The notes under the pieces were generated by a model. It was not told where the DNA came from, did no database searches, and saw nothing but the letters and a program-made list of their open reading frames with translations. A program made the position numbers and the translations under genes. Positions 22,785 to 34,034 of a stretch of DNA of 64,000 bases are shown here, piece by piece. Within the stretch, counting starts at the first letter, position 1. The number at the start of each line of letters is the position of its first letter. Origin of the DNA: Vairimorpha necatrix (lineage: Eukaryota). The stretch lies in NCBI GenBank assembly GCA_036630325.1, contig CP142726.1, positions 930,001 through 994,000 on the forward strand, in the 5' to 3' direction.

Positions 22785-23054
22785 TGATTTAAAAGATCAG
22801 ATGTCAAATATATCAACTCGATTATATATTTGACATTGACATCGACATTGACATATATTCCTACACATGGATAAATATATGGTATAGTCTAATATCTTTA
22901 TTAACACTAAAAAGTTTTATAAATGTCTATTAAAAATAAGATATCAATACTAGCAAGAAATATCTTAGAATACAATTGACGCATGAAATCAACATACAGA
23001 TAATTTTAGACTTTCTTAATATAGTTAAAATTCTTTAAATTTTTTTTTACACCC

Positions 23055-23324
23055 ATGAATCAAAAAGATAAAAAAGTGCCGATTTTTAAGGAGGATGATT
23101 TTCTTCCTTATGTTGACACATCTGCATTCTTTTCGTATATTTTCCTTTCTATCTGTTTCCTGTTTGGTTCTTTATTTTATAATTCTCAGTTGATAAGTTA
23201 TGGAGTTGTCCCATTGGCCTTTGCTAATATGGTAGGCTGCTATAGTACAGAGAAATATATTCTTTATGTAGTTGATATAACATATGTGTTTTATATATTA
23301 TTACATATTAAAACATTAATATAA
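23055..23324 (+). CDS. Small hypothetical multi-pass membrane protein
   Basis: ACCCATG start context; 89 aa with about three hydrophobic segments. Confidence 0.65.
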   Translation: MNQKDKKVPIFKEDDFLPYVDTSAFFSYIFLSICFLFGSLFYNSQLISYGVVPLAFANMVGCYSTEKYILYVVDITYVFYILLHIKTLI

Positions 23325-23481
23325 ATGTATTAAAATTTATATTATTAGAATACTTATATTTACGGCATATTCTCATACATTTCATTTATATGTCAATTTT
23401 TTACACTTTATATATATATATTTAATAATATTCATTAATATAGCTTTTTATATTAAGTCTTAAAATAAATATTTTTTTTAT

Positions 23482-24096
23482 TTATCTAAATCTTCTTAAG
23501 CTTGTTGTTACATTTCTCTTCCAACATGCTCTTACTGATCCTCCTATAGTATTATTATACTTAATACCATGTCCTAATCCTCTACTCTTCTTAGAAGCAG
23601 AAGTGAGTCCTCTGCATTCCCTGTGTTTCATCACGCCCTTACAGATCCAGTTAAGCTTAGGATCATTTCTTATAGCGTTATGGAAAGGGTCTACCATTAT
23701 GACTTCAAAATATTTATAAACTAAATCTTGGTTTACCCAGTAAGAGTTAAGAACTCTGAGATTTGGGTGTCTTTTCCCGACTATCTGTTCGGCAGTGGCC
23801 TGGTGTCTCACTGCAGGAGTGATCTGATGAATACGAGCATTTTTACATTTACCCCGTGTGTTACCATTGTTGTATTCCCTTTTTCTATTTCCTTTCTTCA
23901 CTCTGGCGATGTAGCACAAGACACCTTCTTTATTTCTGTATCCTAGAGTTCTAGCCCTTTGGAGGAAAGTAGGGCGCTCTACTCTGAACACTTCTCCTCT
24001 TTGTCTGTATTCACAGACTCTGAGTCTTAGTAAATATCTCATGATGTCAGATTGTTTAGCTTTCTGGATTTCTCTAATGTAATCAGCAGCAGCCAT
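23482..24096 (-). CDS. RPL15: 60S ribosomal protein L15 (eL15)
   Basis: [55 protein letters not shown]; 204 aa. Confidence 0.98.
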
Positions 24097-24274
24097 AAAA
24101 AATAAGGGGGAAAATAAAAAAGAAAAAAAATAATTAAGAACTTTCAGGAATTTTCTGCTTTTTTATGCAAGAATTTTTTACATTTTATAGAAAACACAAT
24201 CCCAATAGAATAAAATTGTTTTTCTTTATACTGTCATAATTCGAGTCTAGTGATGTATTAAATAATAATCTTTA

Positions 24275-24695
24275 CGGCTGTGTTATACACGCCAAATTCA
24301 AGACAAAAACTTAAAGATGACATAACTGACAATGATATAGAAGATAAAATATGCCTCGTAAATATAGTTCTACTTTAAATAAAAAGCCTTCTTCATTGAC
24401 CAGCTCTACTTTTGATAATAAAATGCATTAATAAGATCAGACATGTAAATATTTAAAGTAGAACTTTTAGAATCTAAATCCGACATTTATAATCTTCTTG
24501 CTGCCAGAAGGAAAGCTTGTTATTGAAGATGGCTTTTTATTTGAAGATAAACTAAATATAGATTTATCATTTCCAGTCTATTTGAGATTTCTCAAATAGT
24601 TTTAATCTCGGATCTAAAACTATCATGTTTCAGATCATTATAATTTGTTTCATCTTTCAGTTTCAGTCTGATTATTGGCGTGTGCAACACACAGG
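24275..24695. mobile_element. Degenerate MITE, probably Tc1/mariner-derived
   Basis: Imperfect TIRs CGGCTGTGTTATACACGCCAA / TTGGCGTGTGCAACACACAGG, each flanked by TA (24273-24274, 24696-24697). Confidence 0.55.
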
Positions 24696-25387
24696 TAACA
24701 CTTACATTTTAAAGAATAAATTCATGTAAGTTTTAAAAAAGCTATCCTAAACTAAACTAGCCTGCTGCTTAAGAATGTATTAAACATTCTATATTAGAAT
24801 ATTTCAATATATAATCTTAATAAATGAACGAGGAATACGCCGCAGAAAAAAGGCGGCATAAAGCGGGCCACTGGGGATGTATTGCTTAAGAAAGGGAGTG
24901 TTAGCACAAATCCTAATAAATTAATAAAGCATGTGCACTATATCTAAAATTTGTAAGAATTAATATCGGCAATTTGTGTGCTAATATCTTTTTGAAAATT
25001 ATTTTAAAAAATATTTTATAGTTTATATGATCATGTAAATTTGATAGTGCGCCAGTGTTGAGCTTCCATCTAATATTAGTACAATAATGTGATATGATCT
25101 TTTGTAATATGTTCTTTGCATTTTAGATCTTTTATTATTAATTTATCATTTTTTTTGCTCTTCAAATTATTTTATATGCTAAAATTTTTTAAGTAATTTA
25201 TGCATTTTCAAAATTATTAAATATGTCATAAAATTTAATGAGTTTGTTTGTAAACAAACAAAGTGTAAAATTAATCAAAAAATACAAATTTAAAAAAATA
25301 TTAAAAAAATGAAGAAAAAATGAGCATTGCTACAAAATATAAGCACATAACATATTCAGGTATAAAATTGAATAAAATTCAGGCAAA

Positions 25388-25540
25388 ATTTAGTTCATTT
25401 ATTAATTATTTCTAAATTATAATTTATATTAGCAGTACAACAATGCTAATATTACATTTTATTTAGTTCATTTATTAATTATTTCTAAATTATAATTTAT
25501 ATTAGCAGTACAACAATGCTAATATTACATTTTATTTAGT
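25388..25540. repeat. Perfect tandem duplication of a 73-bp unit containing a hairpin
   Basis: ATTTAGTTCATTTATTAATT...ATTACATTTT repeats at 25388 and 25461; each contains ATATTAGCA-n9-TGCTAATAT. Confidence 0.9.
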
Positions 25541-25881
25541 TAATTAGCATTCTTATACAAGTAAATCTAATTTTCATACATTTTCCTACCTTTTAATTCT
25601 TATATCAAATATTAATAATTATGCATTTTTATTAAATCTTATGTAAAATTATTTATTAGATTTTTTTCCCTAATTTCAAAACGAATGTCAAAAATTTAAT
25701 AAAAAAAACATCTAAGTCATAATTTTTTTGATGGAATTTTTTTTCATAAAAATTAGTTTAATAATCAAATTTTTTTTTTGTTTGTTTACAAAATTATAAA
25801 ATCACTTTGTTTTACAACTTTTCATATAATGACACTTCATTTATTGAGCAATATTAAAATAAAATAATAAATTTTAACCTT

Positions 25882-27171
25882 ATGAAAGAAGACTTTGTGA
25901 TTAATGTTGATGTATTGACCAAAACAAAACAATATAAAAAAGGGGATATCATAATTGAAATGACTAAACAAGAACGAGATGATAAAAATAAATATTTACA
26001 AGAGCATTCAAGTGTAGCGAATGTTAGTAAATATGCATCAGAACAAAATACGAGAGATATTAGTTTTAAGAATAACCTTAATAATGAAGAAATTAGAAGG
26101 AATGTAGAATTGGATTTAAATGTGCCTAATGTGGAAAATATTAGTGGAAGTAGAGAAGGAAAGACGATTTTAAATAAAACTCCTGAGTTTTTTAATCGTG
26201 GTCAATCACAAGAGCCACAAAATTACGAAAATGAATGTAATCCTATAAATAATAATTATAATCATAATTCATATGAGAATAAAAATATTTCATATGAAAA
26301 TAATCATAATTCATATGAAAATAATCATAATTCATACGAAAATAATCATAATTCATATAATTACGACAATAATCTTTCTTATGACAATTCGCCATTTGAT
26401 AATGAAGTTAGATTTAGTAGAAATAAATCTTTACACAATGCAAATATAAAACAAGGAATATCTCCTGGATTTTTTTATCAAGGCGACTTATACAATCATT
26501 TCTCTGGTGAACCAGAACACGAAGGCTATTATAATTTCCAGTCTCAAGACATAAAATCACAGCCAAATAATTTATTTGCTCAAACATTTGGACATTTTAA
26601 TAAAAAAAGATCTTTCAGCGAAGCAGACTTGAATAAATCAGTTAGAAATAGTCCATTTGTAAACTTCAGGCGTACTCCGCAATATCCAGAAGAATATTAT
26701 AAATCTAATACAGATGATTATTATAAAACAAGTAGAATTTCTGATAATTGTATAGATCCCAGAATGTTTTATAAAAATATATCAGGAGGACATATAAAAA
26801 ATAAAGAGAATCATTCTAAACCAGCTTTTTCATATGCGCAAATTATTACTAGAGCATTAAATGGCAGTAAAGATGGGAAATTGACATTAGGAGAGATTTA
26901 TAGATGGATTGAAGATAATTTCGAATATTATAAATACGCAAATCCAGTATGGAAAAATTCTATTAGACACAATTTGTCACTTAGTAAATGTTTTAAGAAA
27001 GTTCCTAGGGAACCGGGGACGAGAGGCAAAGGAGGAAAGTGGCAAATTGACCAGGAATTTATAGCACAAGAAGAACAAAGGAAGAAGAGAAAGAGCTTTG
27101 ATTCAGAGAATTTGATGAATTATCATTCTTATGATTTAAACCCAGAAGATCCGAGATTTTATCAGCTGTAA
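25882..27171 (+). CDS. Forkhead-box transcription factor
   Basis: [46 protein letters not shown]; internal NNHNSYE repeats at ~26255-26360. Confidence 0.95.
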   Translation: MKEDFVINVDVLTKTKQYKKGDIIIEMTKQERDDKNKYLQEHSSVANVSKYASEQNTRDISFKNNLNNEEIRRNVELDLNVPNVENISGSREGKTILNKTPEFFNRGQSQEPQNYENECNPINNNYNHNSYENKNISYENNHNSYENNHNSYENNHNSYNYDNNLSYDNSPFDNEVRFSRNKSLHNANIKQGISPGFFYQGDLYNHFSGEPEHEGYYNFQSQDIKSQPNNLFAQTFGHFNKKRSFSEADLNKSVRNSPFVNFRRTPQYPEEYYKSNTDDYYKTSRISDNCIDPRMFYKNISGGHIKNKENHSKPAFSYAQIITRALNGSKDGKLTLGEIYRWIEDNFEYYKYANPVWKNSIRHNLSLSKCFKKVPREPGTRGKGGKWQIDQEFIAQEEQRKKRKSFDSENLMNYHSYDLNPEDPRFYQL

Positions 27172-27366
27172 ATAAAATTATTAAAATAAGGAATGTCAAA
27201 TATTATGGATATGATTTATTTATGCATAGATGAGTTTATTGTAAATTTGTTTGTTTTGATTTATGCGCATAAAGTTTAATTTAAAAAATAATTTTTAATG
27301 TGCACATAAAGTTTATTTAAAATTCGACACATGTTTTATTTGACTTAGATCTTATTTTTGTTTTTA

Positions 27367-27825
27367 TTACTCATGTACTTTTATAAAGTATACTACTGTG
27401 TCAGGATATTTCTCTATTGGTCTCACATATCCACTCACTTCACATTTGAACCCCGAGGCCGCGATGGCGTACTCAATCACCCCTGTCATGACAGACTCGG
27501 GGCAGAAATCTTTCCATGTCTCTGTAAGTGGCACATGCTTAGTGAAAAATGGCTCATATTCAAATATGAAATATTCCTTATTATTTGTACTAGAAATCTC
27601 TAATTTTCTTGGGGAAGAATGAATCTTTTCTAGTAGTGTGTAAGTTATATTGTAGAGTAGACTCTGTAAATCTGTCTCTCTATTAAAATCTAGTATTTCC
27701 AGGGCGCTTCTACAGAAGATGTGTCCAATTTTCTTCATTTCGTTTTCTATGTCTTCATTGTTGTCTTTTAAGTCTTGGACTAAAGCGCATAAAGCAAATT
27801 TGAGAAATTGATCATTTTCCTTCAT
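27367..27825 (-). CDS. TRS31: TRAPP complex subunit Trs31 (TRAPPC5)-like
   Basis: RETDLQSLL, LEIS..KEYFIFEYEP, GVIEYAI..SGFKCEVS..P.TVVYFIK pattern; ATG at 27825 after CCC. Confidence 0.75.
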   Translation of the reverse strand: MKENDQFLKFALCALVQDLKDNNEDIENEMKKIGHIFCRSALEILDFNRETDLQSLLYNITYTLLEKIHSSPRKLEISSTNNKEYFIFEYEPFFTKHVPLTETWKDFCPESVMTGVIEYAIAASGFKCEVSGYVRPIEKYPDTVVYFIKVHE

Positions 27826-27941
27826 GGGATAAAAAAACGAAGAATTTTTAAATATCATTAGATTTATAACATAAAATATAATACTATATTAAATTAATTT
27901 AATATTTATTATATACTACTTTATTGTTTTAAATTTCATTT

Positions 27942-28490
27942 TTACTCCTCTTTTGGGTCTAGTAATTTACTATGCTTTTTATATTGAAATGATACATTGT
28001 AATTTATATCTAGTGCTTCTTTAATCTCATTAATCACATTAACATGCTCATTGGGCTGGGGAATATTTTTAGACCAAATTGATAACTTGAATTTCCCGTC
28101 TTTATTGACGCCCACAATCCCCGTGGGCTCAAAACTCTTAAAAAATCCAAGACACATTCTCAATAATATTTTCTCAAAATACCTCTGACATATTTCCTTC
28201 CTTAGGACTAAACTCCAACTGCACCCATTTTTATTATTTTCATCTTCCCAGAGGGGCAGGATCCCCTCCTTGAAGACATTTAAATAAAAATTATCAAGTC
28301 TGTCGAAGCTCTTTAGTCTCTCCAGGAAATATAAAATATTTCCTGGGTTTTCTATTTTACATAATGTTTCTAGATCTTTGTTGTAGGTCTCTTTGTTCAC
28401 TTCTGAGTTGTCGATTTCTTTAAATGTGACTACATAATTTGTGTCCCATGTGTGGACGAAATCAGACTTTTTTCTTTGTTCGACTTTCAT
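27942..28490 (-). CDS. eIF4E: Eukaryotic translation initiation factor 4E
   Basis: VFKEGILPLWEDENNKNGCSW and KLSIW motifs. Confidence 0.9.
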   Translation of the reverse strand: MKVEQRKKSDFVHTWDTNYVVTFKEIDNSEVNKETYNKDLETLCKIENPGNILYFLERLKSFDRLDNFYLNVFKEGILPLWEDENNKNGCSWSLVLRKEICQRYFEKILLRMCLGFFKSFEPTGIVGVNKDGKFKLSIWSKNIPQPNEHVNVINEIKEALDINYNVSFQYKKHSKLLDPKEE

Positions 28491-28585
28491 TTTAGGGTCT
28501 AAAAAAATAAACGAACAAATGTTTAAACAATAATTTAAATCATATTATACATATGTATATTATTAATTATTATATAAGTTATAAA

Positions 28586-29314
28586 TTATATTATCTCTAT
28601 TAGATCAATGTAATATTCCTTTTCTTTAGTATTCAATTTATCATAAAAATTATCAAACTTGTTCTTCTTACTAAGTCGCTCGTATAAAGAAAACATGAAC
28701 ATTTTTAAATATTTCAAATCTGTCTGATACGACAAAATTGAACAAACATATTTTAAATATTCCATCTTAGTGTCTCCTATAAATAAAGTAGACCTCTTCT
28801 TTAGAATTATAGGATGAAATAACTCATAATCTTCAGATGTAAAATATGACATAAATAATCTCCCCATAGGCATGGCTATACTGGAAAAAGTACTCAATTT
28901 TAAATTATCTTTCTCGCTTAAATTATTTCTTAATTTAAAATTTGAGAAATTATTAAAAATATTTACATTTTTATATCTTTGTATATCAAAGATATAAAAA
29001 AATCTTAATAATTTATCTAATAAAACAAATAATGCATATCTTCTATCTAATGAATCAATAAATCTTTTAGTAAATATTTCATCTATTAAACTACATAATA
29101 AAGTATCAGATTTCTCATAAAATAATATTAAATCTTTTATCTCATCAATACCATTTCCTTTAATATAACTACTAAAAATATTAGCAGTTATAAAAAATAA
29201 CTTCTTAATATATTTATATTCTTTAAGTGTCTCTGCTGATAATTTATAACCAGATTTACAGAACTTAAAATCTTTGGGTTTAATTCTTGTTTTCTTCATA
29301 AATGATTTTAACAT
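28586..29314 (-). CDS. Possible CYRI/FAM49 (DUF1394)-like protein
   Basis: LLRFFYIFDIQRYKNVNIFNNFSNFK..KLSTFSSIAMPM resembles the FAM49 core (F.LRFDELKM.NPAIQNDFSYYRR..RMSLFYA.ATPM) by eye. Confidence 0.5.
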   Translation of the reverse strand: MLKSFMKKTRIKPKDFKFCKSGYKLSAETLKEYKYIKKLFFITANIFSSYIKGNGIDEIKDLILFYEKSDTLLCSLIDEIFTKRFIDSLDRRYALFVLLDKLLRFFYIFDIQRYKNVNIFNNFSNFKLRNNLSEKDNLKLSTFSSIAMPMGRLFMSYFTSEDYELFHPIILKKRSTLFIGDTKMEYLKYVCSILSYQTDLKYLKMFMFSLYERLSKKNKFDNFYDKLNTKEKEYYIDLIEII

Positions 29315-29362
29315 CTTAAAATAATAATTTTAAGATTTTAATATATAAAGGAGTAGACTCCT

Positions 29363-30889
29363 TTATAATTGATCATCATATTTATTATTAATAAAATTGA
29401 TAATACTGTCGTATTTTGATATGTAAAAATTCACTAATTTGTATAATCTTTCTAATCTAAATTTGTTTTTCTTGTGAATTTGTTTGCTACACAAACAAAA
29501 CTTCTTTACGACACACTTCGTGTGTCGTCTTAAAATTTTATTAATTTCTTCATTATTAATATTTCTCAATACTGGTGGATTTACAATATTGAAATCTTTT
29601 TCAGAGGAATAACTTGAAAAAGATTGCTTTTCATTTTCTGATGATTCGAATATTCTTCTAGACCCGTAATTTGTAGACATTTGTATCGTCAAGTTTTCAG
29701 AAATAAATTCTGTATTATTTGAATCTTTAAAATCTAATAACTTGTGACACAATGAATATTTAACAAGATCTGGCTCGGTTTTACTTGTTTCTACTTCATG
29801 CGCGGATTTTTTAAATTTTTCTTTTTTATTGTGTGGTTCTAAAAAGCTCCAATCTGTTGTTATTTCTTCATTGATTGATGCTTGCTCGAAATCTTTGACA
29901 TTTGACGCAATTGAGGCACGTTCGTCTGTGTTTATATTTTGTTCGCTATTAAGTGTGTTTTGCTCGTTGATTGGTGTATCTTCAGTTTTATTATGGAACT
30001 CCAATTCGCTCATTGCTGTATATTTCCCATCTTTTATGGTATTTTCATTGAGCAGATCTAATTTGTTTGTTTTTTCATTGAGTATTTCTAATTTGTTCAT
30101 AGACTCGTTGTTTTGTACATTCTTTTTCAATGTATTAGATTCTTTTTTGGCAACATGCTTCTCTTTTCCTTGTTTCTTAATAGGTTTAGATTTGTTTTCG
30201 TCTTTATTATACACTTTTAATTGATAATTAATCTCTTCATCGCTCATATCTCCTTTTTTATTATTTATTTCTTCACTAATGTCCACCTTTGTTTTGTCTG
30301 GTGTCGGCGCCACTAAATTGAATTTGTTATTTTCACTTGTTAAATTATTTTTCTGTACTTGCAATTTTCTATATATCTTCTTGTTTAATTTATCTATAAA
30401 ATTTTTATCTGATGACTCAGTCTCAAATTTAAATGAGAAACTACTGTAAAGTATTAAATTATACTTTCCATCTTTATAATACGCTTCTTTAATCGATTCA
30501 TATTTGATTATATAACTTTCTTTTTCTAAATAAACATTTACAGTTTCAGGATTCACATAAACAATCGCTTCATTGTAACTTAATTTCTTATAACTTATAT
30601 TCTTGGCTTGGGCACAAGGAATTATTTTCTTATTTTTGTTATATTTAAACATAAAATCGTCAAGTTTCTTATTTTTTATACTTGAAATAAAATCATCTGT
30701 AAACTCGTCAAACATATTAGAAGTCTTGATTTTTAAAACTGGTACTTTCGAGGAGATTGTTTTTAAAAAGTTTTTTTGTTTTTCTACTGAGGTTAAAGTA
30801 GAAATAAATTCGCCAACTTTTCTAAGATTGGAAATCTTGGTGGGAGATTTTAATAAAATTTCCACGTCTGATTGATTTGAAATATTCAT
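29363..30889 (-). CDS. Hypothetical protein, low-complexity K/N/E-rich
   Basis: 508-aa ORF in a gene-dense block; no recognised motif. Confidence 0.75.
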   Translation of the reverse strand: MNISNQSDVEILLKSPTKISNLRKVGEFISTLTSVEKQKNFLKTISSKVPVLKIKTSNMFDEFTDDFISSIKNKKLDDFMFKYNKNKKIIPCAQAKNISYKKLSYNEAIVYVNPETVNVYLEKESYIIKYESIKEAYYKDGKYNLILYSSFSFKFETESSDKNFIDKLNKKIYRKLQVQKNNLTSENNKFNLVAPTPDKTKVDISEEINNKKGDMSDEEINYQLKVYNKDENKSKPIKKQGKEKHVAKKESNTLKKNVQNNESMNKLEILNEKTNKLDLLNENTIKDGKYTAMSELEFHNKTEDTPINEQNTLNSEQNINTDERASIASNVKDFEQASINEEITTDWSFLEPHNKKEKFKKSAHEVETSKTEPDLVKYSLCHKLLDFKDSNNTEFISENLTIQMSTNYGSRRIFESSENEKQSFSSYSSEKDFNIVNPPVLRNINNEEINKILRRHTKCVVKKFCLCSKQIHKKNKFRLERLYKLVNFYISKYDSIINFINNKYDDQL

Positions 30890-31133
30890 GCATTAATTTT
30901 TTTTTTCTGCTTTTATAATTTTTTGCATGAAAAAAAAAAATAAAATTTTTTTAAAAAGATACAAAATTATTAAATTTATAAATTCTATGTGTTTATTGTA
31001 TATTATTTGAGTATAATTAGAATTCTAAATAAGCTTTATTTTTTTTTAAATTCTATATGAAAATGAGTAAAAAAAACTGTACTTCAAACTATTAAATAAC
31101 GGATTATAAAAAATTTACAATGTCTTAATAAAA

Positions 31134-31451
31134 TTAAAACTCATAATTGTAAACTAAATAATTATTTTTATGACATAATTGGTGCATAAACTCCAATTCA
31201 AAATTATTAAATTTGCGATTGATCATTACTGTAATTTCGTATTCTGCGATATTTTGTAATATATCGCGCAATATTATACTACCTTCTAAAATTTCAATAT
31301 AATCTCTAAATTTTTTTAAACTTTGTATGTCTGAAAAAATAAAACTAGAATTTTCTAGATAAATAATTTTCTTCTTTTTAGTGAAAATTGTATTTTTATG
31401 TTGTGTAAATATTTTTTCAATTGTTTTCTGATTTTGAAATGATTTGTACAT
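31134..31451 (-). CDS. Hypothetical protein
   Basis: 105 aa; ACCCTTTAAATG start context. Confidence 0.65.
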   Translation of the reverse strand: MYKSFQNQKTIEKIFTQHKNTIFTKKKKIIYLENSSFIFSDIQSLKKFRDYIEILEGSIILRDILQNIAEYEITVMINRKFNNFELEFMHQLCHKNNYLVYNYEF

Positions 31452-31502
31452 TTAAAGGGTAAAACTAAAAAAAAATTTAATTTCAATTAATTAAATATTT
31501 AA

Positions 31503-32378
31503 TTATTTATTAAAAATATTATAAGAAATCGCTGTAAATGTTTTTGCGCACCACAAAACAATTATCGATACTGGAAAAAAAAGATAATCAATCATTTTCT
31601 CACAATCAAATCGTATGTGACAAAAATAAGTAAACCAATCTATTGTAATGATCTTTCTATTTTGAAAGTTTTCTATTAGAAAATTAGCACAATCATCTGG
31701 ATCGTAAACCCTAAAAATGCTTTCTATTGTTTTTGCATATTTAGGCTTTGTTCTATTTTCAATATCGAATCCTCTAGTTTGCATATTTGGTGGACTAAAA
31801 AAATGTAAATTGACACCCATGTTTTTTAGCTCTCGGTATGTTGAGTAAAAAAACGAAAGCATTGCGCTCTTGCTGGGACTGTAAGTAGAATATCCCTCAA
31901 GAGGAAATGTAGCCAATGTTGAACCAATCATAATAAAATCAAATGGTTTTTTATTCAAACTAATATAATTTTTAAGTATTTTTATCATTCCTAAATAATT
32001 AGTACCTTCGCAAAGTTCAAAACTCTTGACTGATGATTTGTTAAGTGAGGCTGGTATTGACAGACCAGTACAATAAAAAATAATATCGTAGTCTGTTAAG
32101 ACATTTTCAAATGAAGAATCATCAAAAACATCACAATAAAACGCTTTCATATTAGTACATGTATTTATTTCGTCTATTAAATTTTGATCTCTGGACGTTA
32201 TTGTAACTTTATTAAATCCAATATTAAGCTTATGAGCTAAAGATTCGCCTAGCCCACTTCCTCCGCCTATTATTAATACTTTTTTATTGTATATCTTGGT
32301 TCTTTTTGTTTGTTTAGCAAAAATATAATTTAAAATTATGACAATTGGCAAACAACACCATATTAATGTAAGTATCAT
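31503..32378 (-). CDS. TSC10: 3-ketodihydrosphingosine reductase (SDR family)
   Basis: N-terminal TM, IGGGSGLG, NYLG, GYSTYSPSK (YxxxK), GFDIENRTKP. Confidence 0.85.
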   Translation of the reverse strand: MILTLIWCCLPIVIILNYIFAKQTKRTKIYNKKVLIIGGGSGLGESLAHKLNIGFNKVTITSRDQNLIDEINTCTNMKAFYCDVFDDSSFENVLTDYDIIFYCTGLSIPASLNKSSVKSFELCEGTNYLGMIKILKNYISLNKKPFDFIMIGSTLATFPLEGYSTYSPSKSAMLSFFYSTYRELKNMGVNLHFFSPPNMQTRGFDIENRTKPKYAKTIESIFRVYDPDDCANFLIENFQNRKIITIDWFTYFCHIRFDCEKMIDYLFFPVSIIVLWCAKTFTAISYNIFNK

Positions 32379-32486
32379 ATAAGGACAAATTATTTGTCGA
32401 TTATTAACTCATTTGTTTAATAAAGGGGAATTTTGTATTTGACGTTTCATATTAAAAATAAAAAAAATAAAGTAAATAAAAACAAA

Positions 32487-33869
32487 ATGAAAAAGAAATA
32501 AATTTCTTATTTAATAATAGCAAACGAGTTCTGCGAAAGATATAGTTTTTATGCATTAAAAACAGTTCTATTTGGATTTCTCCGCAATGAATATTTACTA
32601 TCAAAAAAAACTTCAATTTTCATTGTTCATCTTTTCGTATCTTTGTGCTACTTATTTACTTTGTTTGGTGGATTTGTTTCTGATATGTATTTGGGCAAAT
32701 ACAAAACTATACTTTATCTCAGTATTGTGTACTTTATTGGTACGTTATTTACGACATATAGCTCATTAATAGTCAAATCTCCTTTTATATTGTTTTGGGG
32801 ACTAGGATTAATTTCATTAGGCACTGGAGGTATTAAACCATGTGTAGCAGCATTTGGTGGAGATCAAATTGATGGAGTTAATGATCAAAAAAAACGTGAA
32901 AAATTCTTCGAATTTTTTTATTTTGCTATTAATTTAGGCAGTATGATTTCATCTTTTCTTGTGCCATTACTTGCAGAATGGTCTTGTTTGGGCAACAAGA
33001 CATGTTATCCTTTAGCTTTTGGCAGTTCGAGCGTGTTACTTTTGATTTCAATTGCAATATTTATATTAGGATCAAGTCATTATATTAAAATAAAGCCTAA
33101 CAAAAATAGATTTTTGAAATTAATTGCTGATATCAATGAAGAAAAGGCGGAGGATAACAGTGAAAATATTTCCAATGAAATTCACAGAAACCAGACTAAA
33201 GATTTTTCTTATATGAATATTTTGAAGTTATTTATTCCTATAGTGTGTTTCTGGATGCTATACGATCAACAATCATCAACCTGGATCGAGCAAGGATTTA
33301 AAATGAGTACAACAGCATCATTCGGCAGTTCAAAATTTAAAATTTTATCTTCTCAAATGCAAACATGGAACTCGATTTTCATTTTATGTTTTATACCATT
33401 ATTCACCAAGTATTTGTATCCTACGATAGAATATTTTGGTTGGAAACTAACACCTATAAAAAAAATGGGATGCGGAATAATGCTCGCATCACTTAGTTTT
33501 TTATCTTCTGCTTATTTAGAACATAAAATTATTGAATATGCCACAAGAAAAGAAACTATCTGCATATTGTGGCAACTACCGCAATATTTACTTTTGACTG
33601 CTGGTGAGATTTTATTAAACATGACAGGATTAGAATTCGTATATTCCGAATCTCCAGAATCTTTAAAAACTTTAATTCTGGCAGGATGGTTATTGACAGT
33701 AACAGTCGGAAATATTTTTGTTATTTTGTATTCGTTTATAGATTTGGCTAGAATTATAAAACCATCAGAGCCTGAAACTTTTAATTTTTTAGTTTATTCG
33801 TTTTTAGGAATATCAGCTTCATTGTATTTGTTTAAGTTTGAATCAAAGTACAAAAAAAATATTAAATAA
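32487..33869 (+). CDS. POT/PTR-family proton-dependent oligopeptide transporter; in-frame TAA at codon 5
   Basis: NEFCERYSFY (ExxER), GGFVSDMYLGKYKTI, GTGGIKPCVAAFGGDQ, FYFAINLGS, WQLPQY, GLEFVYSESP; the frame extends upstream of the track ORF to ATG 32487. Confidence 0.88.
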
Positions 33870-34034
33870 TAAAAAATTTACAATTATTTTTTATTATATT
33901 AATTGCAAATCAATGCAATCAAAAACATATTGAGGATCTAATTAATTAATAAGTAAAAATTTCATGAATTTTAATAAAACATGTAAAATTCTATTCTGCA
34001 TTTTTATTATTTTAAGATCTAATTTGTGTAAAAA

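Larger units (their letters stand above)
15025..22865 (-). mobile_element. Outer Ty3/Gypsy LTR retrotransposon; 5' LTR split by nested insertions
   Basis: 3' LTR 15025-15133 (109 bp); 5' LTR in two parts, 18637-18673 and ~22788-22865; TSD CATGG (15020-15024, 22866-22870); PBS-like TGGCGACAAG; PPT AAAGGGGAAGTAG. Confidence 0.93.

Noticed and set aside
32472-32520. Short intron GTAAAT...TAATAG that would remove the transporter's stop codon
   Set aside because: It would also remove the ATG, and no upstream exon with a start codon is evident.
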